Origin: Acidobacteriota bacterium
GTDB lineage: Bacteria; Acidobacteriota; Thermoanaerobaculia; Multivoradales; JBCCEF01
Direction of reading: 5' to 3'
NCBI GenBank assembly: GCA_039028635.1
Contig: JBCCHV010000005.1
Coordinates: 12,118 to 76,117 of the forward strand
DNA length: 64,000 nucleotides
Shown here: positions 17,470 to 27,368 of the stretch, in pieces
Layout: each line of letters begins with the position of its first letter
Numbering within the stretch: the first letter of the stretch is position 1
The notes under the pieces: model-generated
The model's input: the letters and a program-made list of their open reading frames with translations, nothing else
Told to the model about the DNA's origin: nothing
Databases searched by the model: none
Made by a program: the position numbers and the translations under genes

Positions 17470-17677
17470 CGGCTTCCCCCTGAGAGAACCGCGGCCGGAA
17501 TCCCCTCTCGGCCCAGGCGAAAGTCGGCCCCCGCCCGCCTGGCGGCTTCCAACCCTGGTCCCCACCCCGCTTCATCCGGCCCGCCCGGGACTCCGTAGGG
17601 GCGGCGAGTGCTCGTGCCCAGCTTCGTGAGGCGCGGGCCGAACCAACCGCCGAACCTGCGGCAAGGAGTTTTGAGGA

Positions 17678-19108
17678 ATGTCATCCACTCTTCTGCGCAC
17701 CGCCCTCGTGCTCGCCCTGGTGGCCAGCACCGCGGCCTTCGCCTCGAGCCATCGGGAGGCGCCCTTCATCACCGAAAACCCGAAGGTCGACGCCACCGAC
17801 TTCTACATGTTTCGGAGCTACGAGCCGGGCCGCGATGGCTTCGTCACCCTGATCGCCAACTACATCCCCCTGCAGGACGCCTACGGCGGTCCGAACTACT
17901 TCACCCTCGACCCCAACGCCCGCTACGTGATCCACATCGACAACGACGGCGATGGCGTCGAGAACCTGTCCTTCGTGTTCCGCTCGCAGACTTTCCTGCG
18001 CGGCATCTCGCTGCCGATCGGCGATGAGACGGTGCCGATCCCGCTGATTCAGGCCGGTCCCATCGTCTCCTCGGCGGCGGTCAATCGCTTCGAGACTTTC
18101 CACCTCGACCTGGTGCGTGGACCGCTGGGCAACCCCGCCGAGACCGCACCGGCGACCAACCTGCTCACCGGCGGCCGGCGCTTCGGCAAGCCGATCGACA
18201 ACATCGGCGCCAAGAGCTTCCCCAACTACGAACGCTATGCGGCACCGTTCGTCCATGACCTCAACATTCCCGGCTGCGGCGACGGTCGCGTCTTCGTGGG
18301 CCAGCGCAAGGACTCCTTCGTGGTCAACCTCGGCGAGACCTTCGACCTGGTGAACTTCAATCCGCTGGGAGCGCCCGACAGTCAGCGCGACGATCTCGAG
18401 GATGCCAACATCACCTCCTTCATCCTGGAGCTGCCGACGGACTGCTTGACCGACACCAGCGGTCCGGTGATCGGCGGTTGGACCACCGCCTGGCTGCCGC
18501 GCACCCGCACCCTTTCGGACGATCCGACCTTCGAGCAGCCGGCGGTCGAAACCGGCGATCTGGTGCAGGTGTCGCGCCTCGGCATGCCGCTGGTCAACGA
18601 GGTGGTCATCGGCCTGCCGGACAAGAACCGCTTCAATGCCAGCCGGCCCGACGGTGACGGCTCCTTCGCCACCTACGTCACCAACCCCACCCTTCCCGCG
18701 CTGCTGCAGATCCTGTTCGGCGTCGACGCGCCGTCGAACATCCCGCGCAATGACCTGGTGGCGGCCTTCGTCACCGGCATCGAGGGCCTCAACCAGCTCG
18801 GCTTCGGCGAGATGCAGCGCCTCAACACCTCGATTCCGATCACCGCCGCCGCCGACCAGCGCCCCCTGGGTGTGATCGACGGCGACGCCGCCGGCTTCCC
18901 CAACGGCCGCCGACCGGGCGACGACGTGGTCGACATCGAGCTGCGGGCGGTAATGGGGGTGCTCTGCCACCTCGGCCTCGGCCTGTGCGAACCGGCGGAC
19001 GCCCCGGCGGGGCTGCTTCCCCTGACCGACGGAGCGCCGGTCGATGCGAGCTTCTTCGACAATGCCTTCCCCTACCTGCGGACGCCGATTGCCGGTTCCC
19101 CCAATTGA
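17678..19108 (+). CDS. DUF4331-family exported protein
   Basis: Signal peptide followed by the characteristic SSHREAPFI start of DUF4331. Confidence 0.7.
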   Translation: MSSTLLRTALVLALVASTAAFASSHREAPFITENPKVDATDFYMFRSYEPGRDGFVTLIANYIPLQDAYGGPNYFTLDPNARYVIHIDNDGDGVENLSFVFRSQTFLRGISLPIGDETVPIPLIQAGPIVSSAAVNRFETFHLDLVRGPLGNPAETAPATNLLTGGRRFGKPIDNIGAKSFPNYERYAAPFVHDLNIPGCGDGRVFVGQRKDSFVVNLGETFDLVNFNPLGAPDSQRDDLEDANITSFILELPTDCLTDTSGPVIGGWTTAWLPRTRTLSDDPTFEQPAVETGDLVQVSRLGMPLVNEVVIGLPDKNRFNASRPDGDGSFATYVTNPTLPALLQILFGVDAPSNIPRNDLVAAFVTGIEGLNQLGFGEMQRLNTSIPITAAADQRPLGVIDGDAAGFPNGRRPGDDVVDIELRAVMGVLCHLGLGLCEPADAPAGLLPLTDGAPVDASFFDNAFPYLRTPIAGSPN

Positions 19109-19124
19109 CGAGGAGCCCATCGCC

Positions 19125-19931
19125 GTGAAGAAAGAGCTTCTCGCCAGTGCCCTGCTGTTGTTTCTCGGTCCGCCACTGACGGCCCACGACTTCTGGATCC
19201 AGCCGCAGCGCTTCGAGATCGCCCCGGGGAACCCGATCGGTCTCGACCTGCGGGTGGGGGACGAGGCGCCGGGTCGCTCCCTGGCCTTCGATCCTCAGCA
19301 TGCCGAACGCTTCGCCCTCGTCGGGCCGGACGGCGAGCAGCCGGTGCTCGGTCTCGCCGGCCGGCGGCCGGCGGGCAACGGACGGATCGAGAGCCCGGGG
19401 CTCCATGCCGCCGTCTACCGCAGTCGGGAGACCCCTCTCGAGCTGGCGGCGGATCGCTTCGAGGCCTACCTCGCCGAAGAGGGGCTCGACTCGGTGGTGG
19501 CCGAACGGCAGCGTCGGGGAGAGACCGAGTCCGCGGGCCGGGAGCTCTTCTCACGCTGCGCCAAGGCCTTGATCCGGAGCGCCCGACCCGGCGAGGCGAT
19601 CACTCCGGAAGCGGTCGAGGCCGCCCTCGCGCCGCTCGGCCTCGAGCTCGAGCTGGTGGCCGAGCGCGATCCGACGCGGGCCTCGACCAGCGAGCTGCCG
19701 CTGCGCGCCCTGCTGCGCGGCGAGCCGCTGGTGGGGGTTCGCATCGAAGCGACGGCGCTCTCCGGGGACGGCCGCGTCACCGCCCAGCGCACGGACTCCG
19801 AGGGGCGGGTCCACTTGCCCATCGACGGCCGCGGCCAATGGCTGGTGACGGCGGTCCACATGGAGCCGGCGCCGGCCGATTCGGGCCACGATTGGCGCAG
19901 CCTGTGGGCCTCCCTGACCTTCGAGCGGTAG
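19125..19931 (+). CDS. DUF4198-family periplasmic protein
   Basis: GTG start. [23 protein letters not shown], with HDFW as a typical mature N-terminus. Confidence 0.55.
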   Translation: MKKELLASALLLFLGPPLTAHDFWIQPQRFEIAPGNPIGLDLRVGDEAPGRSLAFDPQHAERFALVGPDGEQPVLGLAGRRPAGNGRIESPGLHAAVYRSRETPLELAADRFEAYLAEEGLDSVVAERQRRGETESAGRELFSRCAKALIRSARPGEAITPEAVEAALAPLGLELELVAERDPTRASTSELPLRALLRGEPLVGVRIEATALSGDGRVTAQRTDSEGRVHLPIDGRGQWLVTAVHMEPAPADSGHDWRSLWASLTFER

Positions 19932-19946
19932 CGCATGTCCCAGTCC

Positions 19947-19976
19947 TTCCCGCGGCCCGGCCGAAAGCCGCGGGAA
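19947..19976 (+). terminator. GC-rich hairpin TTCCCGCGGC-N10-GCCGCGGGAA after the DUF4198 gene
   Basis: Perfect 10-bp inverted repeat 16 nt after the stop. No U-tract, which is common in high-GC genomes. Confidence 0.35.
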
Positions 19977-19993
19977 GGGCACCTCTGCTAAAG

Positions 19994-20995
19994 TTGGCCG
20001 CGATTCGACCCACCAGATTCGGGGCCTTCCGGTTGTCCGACCTCCTGTCGCAAATCCATTCTCGCGCCCGTCGCCGCGGCGCCACCATCGTCCTCGCCGA
20101 AGGCGAAGATCCACGGGTCGTCGAGGCCGCCCGCCGGGCCCGAGCCGATGGTCTCTGCCAACCCCTGCTGATCAGCACGCAGACCCTCGACGACGGCCTG
20201 ATGCGGCGCGACCCGCACAGCGACGAAGGCTTCGAAGCCCTCGTCGAGCACCTCGCGGGTCGCTCCCAGAAGGCTCTCGACGAAGTGGTCGCCCGCGCCC
20301 GCGACCCGCTTTACCAGGCCGCCCTGCTGGTGGCCACCGGCCGCGCCGATGGCGCCGTGATGGGCGCCGTCGCCACCACCGCCGACACTCTCCGCGCCTG
20401 CCTGCGGACGATCGGTCCCCGACCCGGCCTGTCGGTGGTTTCGTCGTGCTTTCTGATGGCCCTCGAGGAGGGACCCGGCCTGATCTACAGCGACTGCGGC
20501 GTGGTGCCGGACCCCGGTCCGAAGCAGCTCGCCGACATTGCCGAAGCCGCCGCCGAGAGCTGCCGCACGCTACTCGCCGAAGAGCCGCGGGTCGCCCTGT
20601 TGTCCTTCTCGACCAAGGGCAGCGCCGACCACCCCAGCGTCGACAAGGTGCGGCGAGCCGGTGAACTACTGCGCGACCGCGGCGTCGACTTCGCCTTCGA
20701 CGGCGAGCTCCAGGCCGATGCCGCCTTGGTGCCCGAAGTCGCCGCGCGCAAGGCCCCGGGGAGCGCCCTCGAAGGCCGCGCCAACGTCTTGGTCTTTCCG
20801 GACCTGGGGGCCGGCAACATCGCCTACAAGCTCACCGAGCGACTCGCCGGAGCACGCGCCGTCGGCCCCTTGCTGCAGGGACTGGCGCGACCCATCAACG
20901 ATCTCTCGCGCGGTTGCCGGGCGCGCGATATCGTGGACGTGATGGCCGTGACGGCACTCGCCGCCGGCAACCCGAAGGAGGAAGGCACGCGATGA
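19994..20995 (+). CDS. pta: Phosphate acetyltransferase
   Basis: [16 protein letters not shown]...[16 protein letters not shown]...[14 protein letters not shown]. The start (TTG?) is uncertain. Confidence 0.8.
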   Translation: MAAIRPTRFGAFRLSDLLSQIHSRARRRGATIVLAEGEDPRVVEAARRARADGLCQPLLISTQTLDDGLMRRDPHSDEGFEALVEHLAGRSQKALDEVVARARDPLYQAALLVATGRADGAVMGAVATTADTLRACLRTIGPRPGLSVVSSCFLMALEEGPGLIYSDCGVVPDPGPKQLADIAEAAAESCRTLLAEEPRVALLSFSTKGSADHPSVDKVRRAGELLRDRGVDFAFDGELQADAALVPEVAARKAPGSALEGRANVLVFPDLGAGNIAYKLTERLAGARAVGPLLQGLARPINDLSRGCRARDIVDVMAVTALAAGNPKEEGTR

Positions 20996-22272
20996 AAGTA
21001 CTGGTGATCGGAGGGGGCGGCCGCGAGCACGCCCTGTGTTGGAAGCTACGACAGAGCCCTCAGCTGACGGAGCTCTTCTGCGCCCCCGGCAATCCCGGCA
21101 TCGCGGAAATCGCCGACTGCGTGCCAATCGCCCCGGACGACGTCCAGAAGCTGGCCGACTTCGCCCAGGACCTGAAGATCGACCTGACGGTGGTGGGACC
21201 GGAGCTCCCCCTCACCCTCGGCATCGCCGACGAGTTCGAGCGCCGCGGCCTAGCCCTCTTCGGACCCTCCCGGGAAGCGGCCCGCCTCGAAGGCTCGAAG
21301 GTCTTCGCCAAGAACTTCATGCAGCGCCAGGGCATCCCCACGGGCGGCTTCGCCGTCGCCCACGATGCCGCGGCGGCGCGCCAGGCGCAGCAGGAGTTCG
21401 GCTTTCCGGTAGTGCTCAAGGCGGACGGCCTGGCCGCCGGCAAGGGGGTCCTGATCGTCGAGGACGAAGCAGCCTTCGAGGACGCCCTGCGGGAGCTCTT
21501 CGAGGAACGGCGCTTCGGCGCCAGCGCCGATCGCGTGCTGGTCGAGGAGTTCCTCGTGGGGGAGGAGGTCTCGTTCATCGCGATGGCCGACGGCGAGCAC
21601 CTCCTGCCCTTCGCCACCAGCAAGGACTACAAGCGCATCGGCGAGAACGACACCGGCCCGAACACCGGCGGCATGGGCTGCCACAGCCCGTCGGAGGTGC
21701 TCGACGCCGAGACCGCCGGCAAGGTCTTGGAGCAGGTGATGCGGCCCACCGTCGCCGGCATGGCCGCCGAAGGGCGTCGCTACACCGGCTTTCTCTACGC
21801 CGGACTGATCCTGACGACGGCAGGCCCCAAGGTACTCGAGTTCAATGCCCGTCTCGGCGACCCGGAAGCCCAGGTGCTGCTGATGCGGATGGAGGACGAC
21901 CTGCTGCCGCTGCTCGCTTCCGGCGCCCAGGGCCAGTTCTCGAGCCGGCGCCTGGGCTTTCGTAAGGAGGCGGCGGCCTGCATCGTGCTGGCCAGCGCCG
22001 GCTATCCCGACAGCCCGGCCAAAGGCGACCCGATCCACGGCCTGGACAAGGCGCGCGAGATTCCCGGCGTCGAGGTGTTCCACGCCGGGACGGCGAGCGC
22101 CGAAGACGGCGTGGTGACCGCCGGCGGGCGCGTCCTCAACGTCTGCGCCAGCGCCTACGGTCTGGTCGAAGCGCTGCGTCGCGCCTATGCCGCCAGCCGC
22201 GAGATCGACTGGCCGAACAAGGTCCTGCGACGCGATATCGGGCGCCGGGTGCTGGCCTCGGAGGAGGCCTGA
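20992..22272 (+). CDS. purD: Phosphoribosylamine--glycine ligase
   Basis: [15 protein letters not shown]...ATP-grasp region. ATGA overlap with the pta stop. Confidence 0.9.
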   Translation: MKVLVIGGGGREHALCWKLRQSPQLTELFCAPGNPGIAEIADCVPIAPDDVQKLADFAQDLKIDLTVVGPELPLTLGIADEFERRGLALFGPSREAARLEGSKVFAKNFMQRQGIPTGGFAVAHDAAAARQAQQEFGFPVVLKADGLAAGKGVLIVEDEAAFEDALRELFEERRFGASADRVLVEEFLVGEEVSFIAMADGEHLLPFATSKDYKRIGENDTGPNTGGMGCHSPSEVLDAETAGKVLEQVMRPTVAGMAAEGRRYTGFLYAGLILTTAGPKVLEFNARLGDPEAQVLLMRMEDDLLPLLASGAQGQFSSRRLGFRKEAAACIVLASAGYPDSPAKGDPIHGLDKAREIPGVEVFHAGTASAEDGVVTAGGRVLNVCASAYGLVEALRRAYAASREIDWPNKVLRRDIGRRVLASEEA

Positions 22273-22302
22273 TACGCCCTGCCGACGGCCTCCCAAAGCG
22301 CG

Positions 22303-22342
22303 TTGACAGTGCTGTTTCCGGCTGCCATACTGCTGTCAGTAT
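22303..22342 (+). promoter_or_regulatory. Sigma70-like promoter TTGACA-17-CATACT with an overlapping palindrome ATACTG-CTGT-CAGTAT
   Basis: Read directly: ttgacagtgctgtttccggctgccatactgctgtcagtat, about 120 nt upstream of the PSP1-like gene. Confidence 0.4.
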
Positions 22343-22463
22343 TGCTTTTTTGGCAAAACCGCAAATTCAGCAGCCGGTGTGAGATCGAGTCTCGTACCGT
22401 TGATCGCGGAGCCCCGGAGCTCTCGACCATGACGCAAAGACATCCCGAGCCGAAGAACGGATC

Positions 22464-23186
22464 ATGAGCGGCTGCCAGGGGTGTTCCTTCAAGGGTATGT
22501 CGACGGCGGTGGAGGACACCTTCGTCGGCGTCCGTTTTCGCGAAGAGACCAACCTCACCCTCTGCGCTACCGGCGGGCGACTGTTCTCCAAAGGCGACTC
22601 GGTGGTGGTCGACCTCGAAGCCGGTCCCGCCTTCGGTTGGGTTGAGAAATCTCCCATGCCGGTCTTCAAGCCGTGCCAGAAGTCGAGCGCCCGGGCGATC
22701 CTGCGCCATGCCGAAGATCGCGACACGGCGGCCCACGATCGCCAGGTCACCAACGAGACGACGGCCAAGCTCTATTGCCAGGAGCAGGCCCGCCAGCTCG
22801 GCCTCGAGATGAAAGTTTCGCGAGTCGACTTTTCGCTCAATAACAAGCGCGGCACCTTCTACTTCACCGCCAACGGTCGGGTCGATTTTCGTCAGCTCGT
22901 GCGCAACCTGTCGCGGCGCTTTTCGATCCGGGTCAAGATGGTCCAGATCGGTGCCCGTGACGAAGCGGCGCTGCTCGGCGGCGTCGGAATTTGCGGTCGT
23001 ACCCTGTGCTGCTCGACCTGGTTGAAGGACTTCCGGCCGATCTCGATTCAAATGGCCAAACGCCAAAACCTGAGCCTCAATCCGTCCAAGATTTCGGGCC
23101 AGTGCGGCCGCCTGCTGTGCTGCCTGGCCTACGAAGACCACCGCTATAAAAAGCGTTCCGGCCGCCCGGCGGCGGCCCGAGGTTGA
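22464..23186 (+). CDS. PSP1/YaaT(RicT)-like protein
   Basis: Conserved C-terminal GICGRTLCC...CGRLLCC motifs. Confidence 0.8.
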   Translation: MSGCQGCSFKGMSTAVEDTFVGVRFREETNLTLCATGGRLFSKGDSVVVDLEAGPAFGWVEKSPMPVFKPCQKSSARAILRHAEDRDTAAHDRQVTNETTAKLYCQEQARQLGLEMKVSRVDFSLNNKRGTFYFTANGRVDFRQLVRNLSRRFSIRVKMVQIGARDEAALLGGVGICGRTLCCSTWLKDFRPISIQMAKRQNLSLNPSKISGQCGRLLCCLAYEDHRYKKRSGRPAAARG

Positions 23187-23192
23187 TCGACC

Positions 23193-23537
23193 ATGGAATC
23201 GGCGAACCGAAAGCTCATTCGTCCGGACCTACAAGAGATGAAGCGCGACGTAGGATCACGCGGTGCCCGCCGCAAGCAGACACCTCCGGAGCAGACCAAC
23301 GCCGAGGAGTTCTACTACCTCAAGCAGATGGCGGCCAAGACGCCGATGGTGGTGATCTTGACCAACGATGAGGAGCTGCGGGGTTGGATCGAGTGGTACG
23401 ACAAGGGGGCCATCAAGCTCAACCGCCACGCCGATCCCAACCTGCTGGTGCCGAAGCACAACATCCGCTACATGTTCAAGGAAGACGAGCTCAAGAAGCG
23501 CAGTCGTCGCCGCGCCTCGGCCGACGACGACAAGTGA
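23193..23537 (+). CDS. hfq: Hfq-like Sm-fold RNA chaperone with extended termini
   Basis: EEFYYLKQMAAKTPMVVILTNDEELRGWIEWYDKGAIKL...LVPKHNIRYM parallels the Hfq Sm1/Sm2 pattern (...PVSIYLVNG.KL.G.I..FD...I.L......LVYKHAIS). This is an inference from that similarity. Confidence 0.5.
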   Translation: MESANRKLIRPDLQEMKRDVGSRGARRKQTPPEQTNAEEFYYLKQMAAKTPMVVILTNDEELRGWIEWYDKGAIKLNRHADPNLLVPKHNIRYMFKEDELKKRSRRRASADDDK

Positions 23538-24565
23538 GCCCGCCTCCGATCGTCGCCCTCACCCAGGGCGATCCGGCCGGCATCGGGCCAGAGATCCTGC
23601 TGCAGCTCGTCGCCGGCCACGGCGCCGGGGTCGGCTGGCAAGCGCTGCTGATCGCCGAGCGTGCAGCGCTCGAGGCCTATAGCGCCAGCCTGCCGGGGGC
23701 GGCCTCGGACCGGTTCCACTATCTGACGGGCAAGCCCTCCCGGCAGGAGCTCTCGCAGCTCCCCGCCGGCACCGTGGCGGTGCTCGACCCGATCGCCGAG
23801 GACCGCAAGATCTCCCCCGGAGAACCCAGCGTCGGCGATGCCGCCGGCGCCCTCACCGCCCTCGACCTGGGAGCAGATCTCGCCCGACTCGGCACCGTCG
23901 ACGCCCTGGTGACGGCGCCCCTCAACAAGGCGACCATCGATCGCTGGGTGCTGCCCGGGTTCGTCGGTCACACCGACTACCTGGCCCAAGGCTGCGGCCT
24001 GGAGCGCTACGGTCGGGACTACTTGATGGCGTTTTTGGCGCCAGGCCTGAAGGTGGCGCTGCTCTCGACCCACGTCTCCCTGCGGCAGGCCCTCGACTTG
24101 GTCACCGCCGAGCGCATCGTCGAGGCGCTGCTCTGCTGGCAGCGCCAGGCGCAAGGTCGCATCGCCGTCGCCGGGCTCAATCCCCACGCCGGCGAGGGCG
24201 GCTTGCTGGGGGCCGAGGACGATGAAGAGATCGTGCCGGCGGTGGCGCGGGCCCGCCAGCTCGGCGTCGACTGCTCCGGTCCGTCGAGCGCCGACTCGCT
24301 GTTCGCTCGCGCCCGCGAGGGGGCCTGCGACTGGGTCCTCGCGCTCTACCACGACCAGGGTCTGATCGCGGTCAAGACGGCGGCCTTCGGCCTCGCCACC
24401 AACTGGACCCTGGGACTGCCCTACCTGCGCACCAGCGTCGACCACGGCACCGCCTACGACATCGCCGGCCAGGGCAAAGCCGACGCCAGCTCGCTACGCG
24501 CTGTGGTCGAGACCACCCTCGAGCTGATCGCCGCGCGGAAAGCGGCGACGAAGATCAGAAGTTAG
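23534..24565 (+). CDS. pdxA: 4-hydroxythreonine-4-phosphate dehydrogenase family protein
   Basis: GDPAGIGPEI...TAPLNK...GHTDYL...LNPHAGE.... GTG start overlaps the hfq-like stop (GTGA). Confidence 0.85.
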   Translation: MSPPPIVALTQGDPAGIGPEILLQLVAGHGAGVGWQALLIAERAALEAYSASLPGAASDRFHYLTGKPSRQELSQLPAGTVAVLDPIAEDRKISPGEPSVGDAAGALTALDLGADLARLGTVDALVTAPLNKATIDRWVLPGFVGHTDYLAQGCGLERYGRDYLMAFLAPGLKVALLSTHVSLRQALDLVTAERIVEALLCWQRQAQGRIAVAGLNPHAGEGGLLGAEDDEEIVPAVARARQLGVDCSGPSSADSLFARAREGACDWVLALYHDQGLIAVKTAAFGLATNWTLGLPYLRTSVDHGTAYDIAGQGKADASSLRAVVETTLELIAARKAATKIRS

Positions 24566-26019
24566 CTCGCGCCGCGCCCGGTGAGGACCACCGGGATGGT
24601 CTTGAGCAGGATCTTGACGTCGAGCATCGGCGACCAGGTGTCGATGTACTCGAGATCGAGCTCCATCCAGCGATCGAAGTCGATGTTGTTGCGCCCGCTG
24701 ATCTGCCACAGGCAGGTCAAGCCGGGCTTCATCGACAGGCGGCGACGCTGCCAGCGCTGGTACTGGGCGACCTCTTCCGGAATCGGCGGCCGCGGTCCCA
24801 CCAGGCTCATGTCGCCGCGCAGCACGTTCCAGAGCTGCGGCAGCTCATCGAGGCTGAACTTGCGCAGGATGCGGCCGACGGCGGTGACCCGGGGATCGGA
24901 GCGCACCTTGAAGACCGGCCCGTCCATCTCGTTGAGGTGCTGCAGGTTGCGGCGCTGCTGCTCGGCCCCCTCCACCATGGTGCGGAACTTGTAGAGGGTG
25001 AAGGAGCGACCGTTGAGGCCGCAGCGCGTCTGCCGGAAGAGCACCTTGCCACCGGAGGTCACCTTGATCGCCAGGGCGATGCCGAAGATCACCGGCATCG
25101 CCAGCACCAGGACAGCCGCCGCCAGGGCGATGTCGAGAATGCGTTTGGAGAGCAGCTGGAGGAGATTGGTGGGGGTCGTCGAGTAGGTCAGCAGGGGCAG
25201 CCCGTCGAGCTCCTCGAACTGCACCTTGGCGCGCGTATTGGGGAAGATATTGAGGGCGAAACGAGTCCGAACGCCCTGTTCCTGGAGCATCAGGAAGAGC
25301 TCTTCCAGGCGGTCGAGCTCTTTTCGCGAGACCGCGAAGATGACGTCGTCGACCACCTGACGATTGAGAATCTCGGGAATGTCTTCGACGGAGCCGAGAA
25401 TCGGGAAGCGGCCGCGCGGAAACAGCGGGTGAGGCTCACCGTTGGCGATGAAGCCGAGGATCTTGAAGCCCCAGAAGCGATGGCCGAGGATAGCCGCCGC
25501 CATCTCGAGGGCGGTGGGATTGGTTCCCACGATCAGCACCGTGCGGTAATTGAGGCCGCGCATCCGCACGTAGCGTGCGGTCAGTCGCACGGCGAGCTTC
25601 TCGGCGAGCAGCAGCACGAAGGTGAGAATGGCGAAAAGCAGCAGCCAGGAGCGGCTGATCTGATCGTTGTCGAGCAGCTTCTCGCCCAGGCGCAGGGCGA
25701 AGATCATCAGCGAGAAGATGATCGTGCCGGTGGCGCAGATGCGGAAAATCGCCGCCGCTTCCTCGATCAGGGGAACGGTGCGGTGGGAATCGCGGTACTG
25801 CGCCGACGACAGCAGCAGCACCGCCCACAGGGCGAGCACCAATGGCAGCAGCGGCAGATAGGCCGACAGGGGATAGAGGTGGCCGGTGAAGGAGTCGGCC
25901 ATCACCCGCGGCAAGAAAGAATCGCGCAGCCAGTAGGCGACGAAGAATGCTGCCGCCACCAACGCCAGATCGAGGGCGAAGATGGTGACCGCCAGGATTC
26001 GAGCTCGCTCTTTCAGCAT
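24562..26019 (-). CDS. Polyprenyl-phosphate hexose-1-phosphate transferase (WbaP/bacterial sugar transferase family), the priming enzyme for polysaccharide synthesis
   Basis: N-terminal TM segments plus the C-terminal motif DGPVFKVRSDPRVTAVGRILRKFSLDELPQLWNVLRGDMSLVGPRP. Confidence 0.85.
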   Translation of the reverse strand: MLKERARILAVTIFALDLALVAAAFFVAYWLRDSFLPRVMADSFTGHLYPLSAYLPLLPLVLALWAVLLLSSAQYRDSHRTVPLIEEAAAIFRICATGTIIFSLMIFALRLGEKLLDNDQISRSWLLLFAILTFVLLLAEKLAVRLTARYVRMRGLNYRTVLIVGTNPTALEMAAAILGHRFWGFKILGFIANGEPHPLFPRGRFPILGSVEDIPEILNRQVVDDVIFAVSRKELDRLEELFLMLQEQGVRTRFALNIFPNTRAKVQFEELDGLPLLTYSTTPTNLLQLLSKRILDIALAAAVLVLAMPVIFGIALAIKVTSGGKVLFRQTRCGLNGRSFTLYKFRTMVEGAEQQRRNLQHLNEMDGPVFKVRSDPRVTAVGRILRKFSLDELPQLWNVLRGDMSLVGPRPPIPEEVAQYQRWQRRRLSMKPGLTCLWQISGRNNIDFDRWMELDLEYIDTWSPMLDVKILLKTIPVVLTGRGAS

Positions 26020-26231
26020 TCGCGTTCAGGCCCTATTCTACGGCTTCTACGGCAGAAAAATATGTCGATGACACATATTCTAACGTAACTGGGCCGGGCT
26101 CCGTCTACCCCTGACCTGTCCTGCAACCCTCGAACCGCCGTTTTCCTGCGCTCTTCTGCCGATCTCAGGGCTCCTACGGCCCCCGTTACCCGGCAGATGA
26201 GCCAGAAAGCCGAGAACCTCGACCGGGGCTC

Positions 26232-27368
26232 TCATTGCGGGTCGGTGCCGTGAGCGAGGTGCCAAAGGGCCGCTTCGTACTGATCGGTCACCGCCTGCCA
26301 AGAGTATAGGCGCTGAGCCCGCTCGGCGGCAGCCTCGCCTCGTCGGCGAGCCGCCTCCGGCGAACTTCTCACCTCCTCTAAGGCGCGGCTCAGGGTGTCT
26401 TCGTCACCGGCCTCGAAGTAGAGCGCTTGATCCCCGGCGACCTCGACGTTCTCCGGAGTTCGGTTGACCACCAGGCAGTTGCCGTAGCCCATCGCTTCGA
26501 CCAAGGCCGGGTGGGTGCCGCCGACTTCGGTGGCGTGGATGTAGGCGAGGGCGTGGGAGAGCAGCTCGCGGTAGCCCTCGCCGTAGATCGGGCCGGGAAA
26601 GAGAATGCGCCGATCGGCGTCCGCCGTGAAACCGGCGATGAAGCCCGCCGCATAAGGCGCCCCGCCGACCATCACCAGGGGCAGGTCGCCGCCGACCCGG
26701 CGATAGGCCGCCGCCACCCGGTCGGGGTTGTTCTCGGGCTCGAAACGACTGACGTAGAGGAAGTAGCGCCGCGCCTCGAGACTGAGGCGGTCGAGGGTGG
26801 CGCGGCCCTCCGGCACCACCGGATCGACACCGTAGGTGATCGGCACGGAGGCCGCCCCGTAGCGCTCCTCATAGTGCTTGCGGATGACCTCGGCATCGGT
26901 GATCAGCAGGTTGGGCACGAAGGTGGCGAGACGCTCCGAAAGGGCGTAGACGGCCCGGCCGACGGGCCCCCACTTGCGGCGCCGCTTTTCGATGCCGTCG
27001 ACGTGCAGCGCCGCCGGGATACGGGTCAGCCGCAGCCAGGGCACGAAGACGGCGTTGGCGGAGTTCACCACCAAAGCAGCATCGAAGCGCCGAAAGCCGG
27101 CATCGATCACCGACAGCAGCGTATGGACCGGGGTGTCGAAGTACTTGCCCCGCAGGGTCGGCAGCACCACCAGGTCGACGCCCTTCCACTGCCGCAGGGT
27201 CTTCGGAGTGGAGTGGGACCGGCAGTAGACGGTGACGCGGTGGCCGCGCTCGACCAGCCGGCGAGCCAACTCCTCCATCAAGGTCTCGTAGCCGCCGTAG
27301 CGGTTGGGGATGCCGCGACTGCCGAGCAGGGCGATGCGCAGGGCGCCGGCCGACGCGGACTTGGTCAT
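26232..27368 (-). CDS. Glycosyltransferase family 4 (GT-B fold)
   Basis: RIALLGSRGIPNRYGGYET...EGFG.... The ATG at 27368 overlaps the upstream GT2 stop. Confidence 0.8.
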   Translation of the reverse strand: MTKSASAGALRIALLGSRGIPNRYGGYETLMEELARRLVERGHRVTVYCRSHSTPKTLRQWKGVDLVVLPTLRGKYFDTPVHTLLSVIDAGFRRFDAALVVNSANAVFVPWLRLTRIPAALHVDGIEKRRRKWGPVGRAVYALSERLATFVPNLLITDAEVIRKHYEERYGAASVPITYGVDPVVPEGRATLDRLSLEARRYFLYVSRFEPENNPDRVAAAYRRVGGDLPLVMVGGAPYAAGFIAGFTADADRRILFPGPIYGEGYRELLSHALAYIHATEVGGTHPALVEAMGYGNCLVVNRTPENVEVAGDQALYFEAGDEDTLSRALEEVRSSPEAARRRGEAAAERAQRLYSWQAVTDQYEAALWHLAHGTDPQ

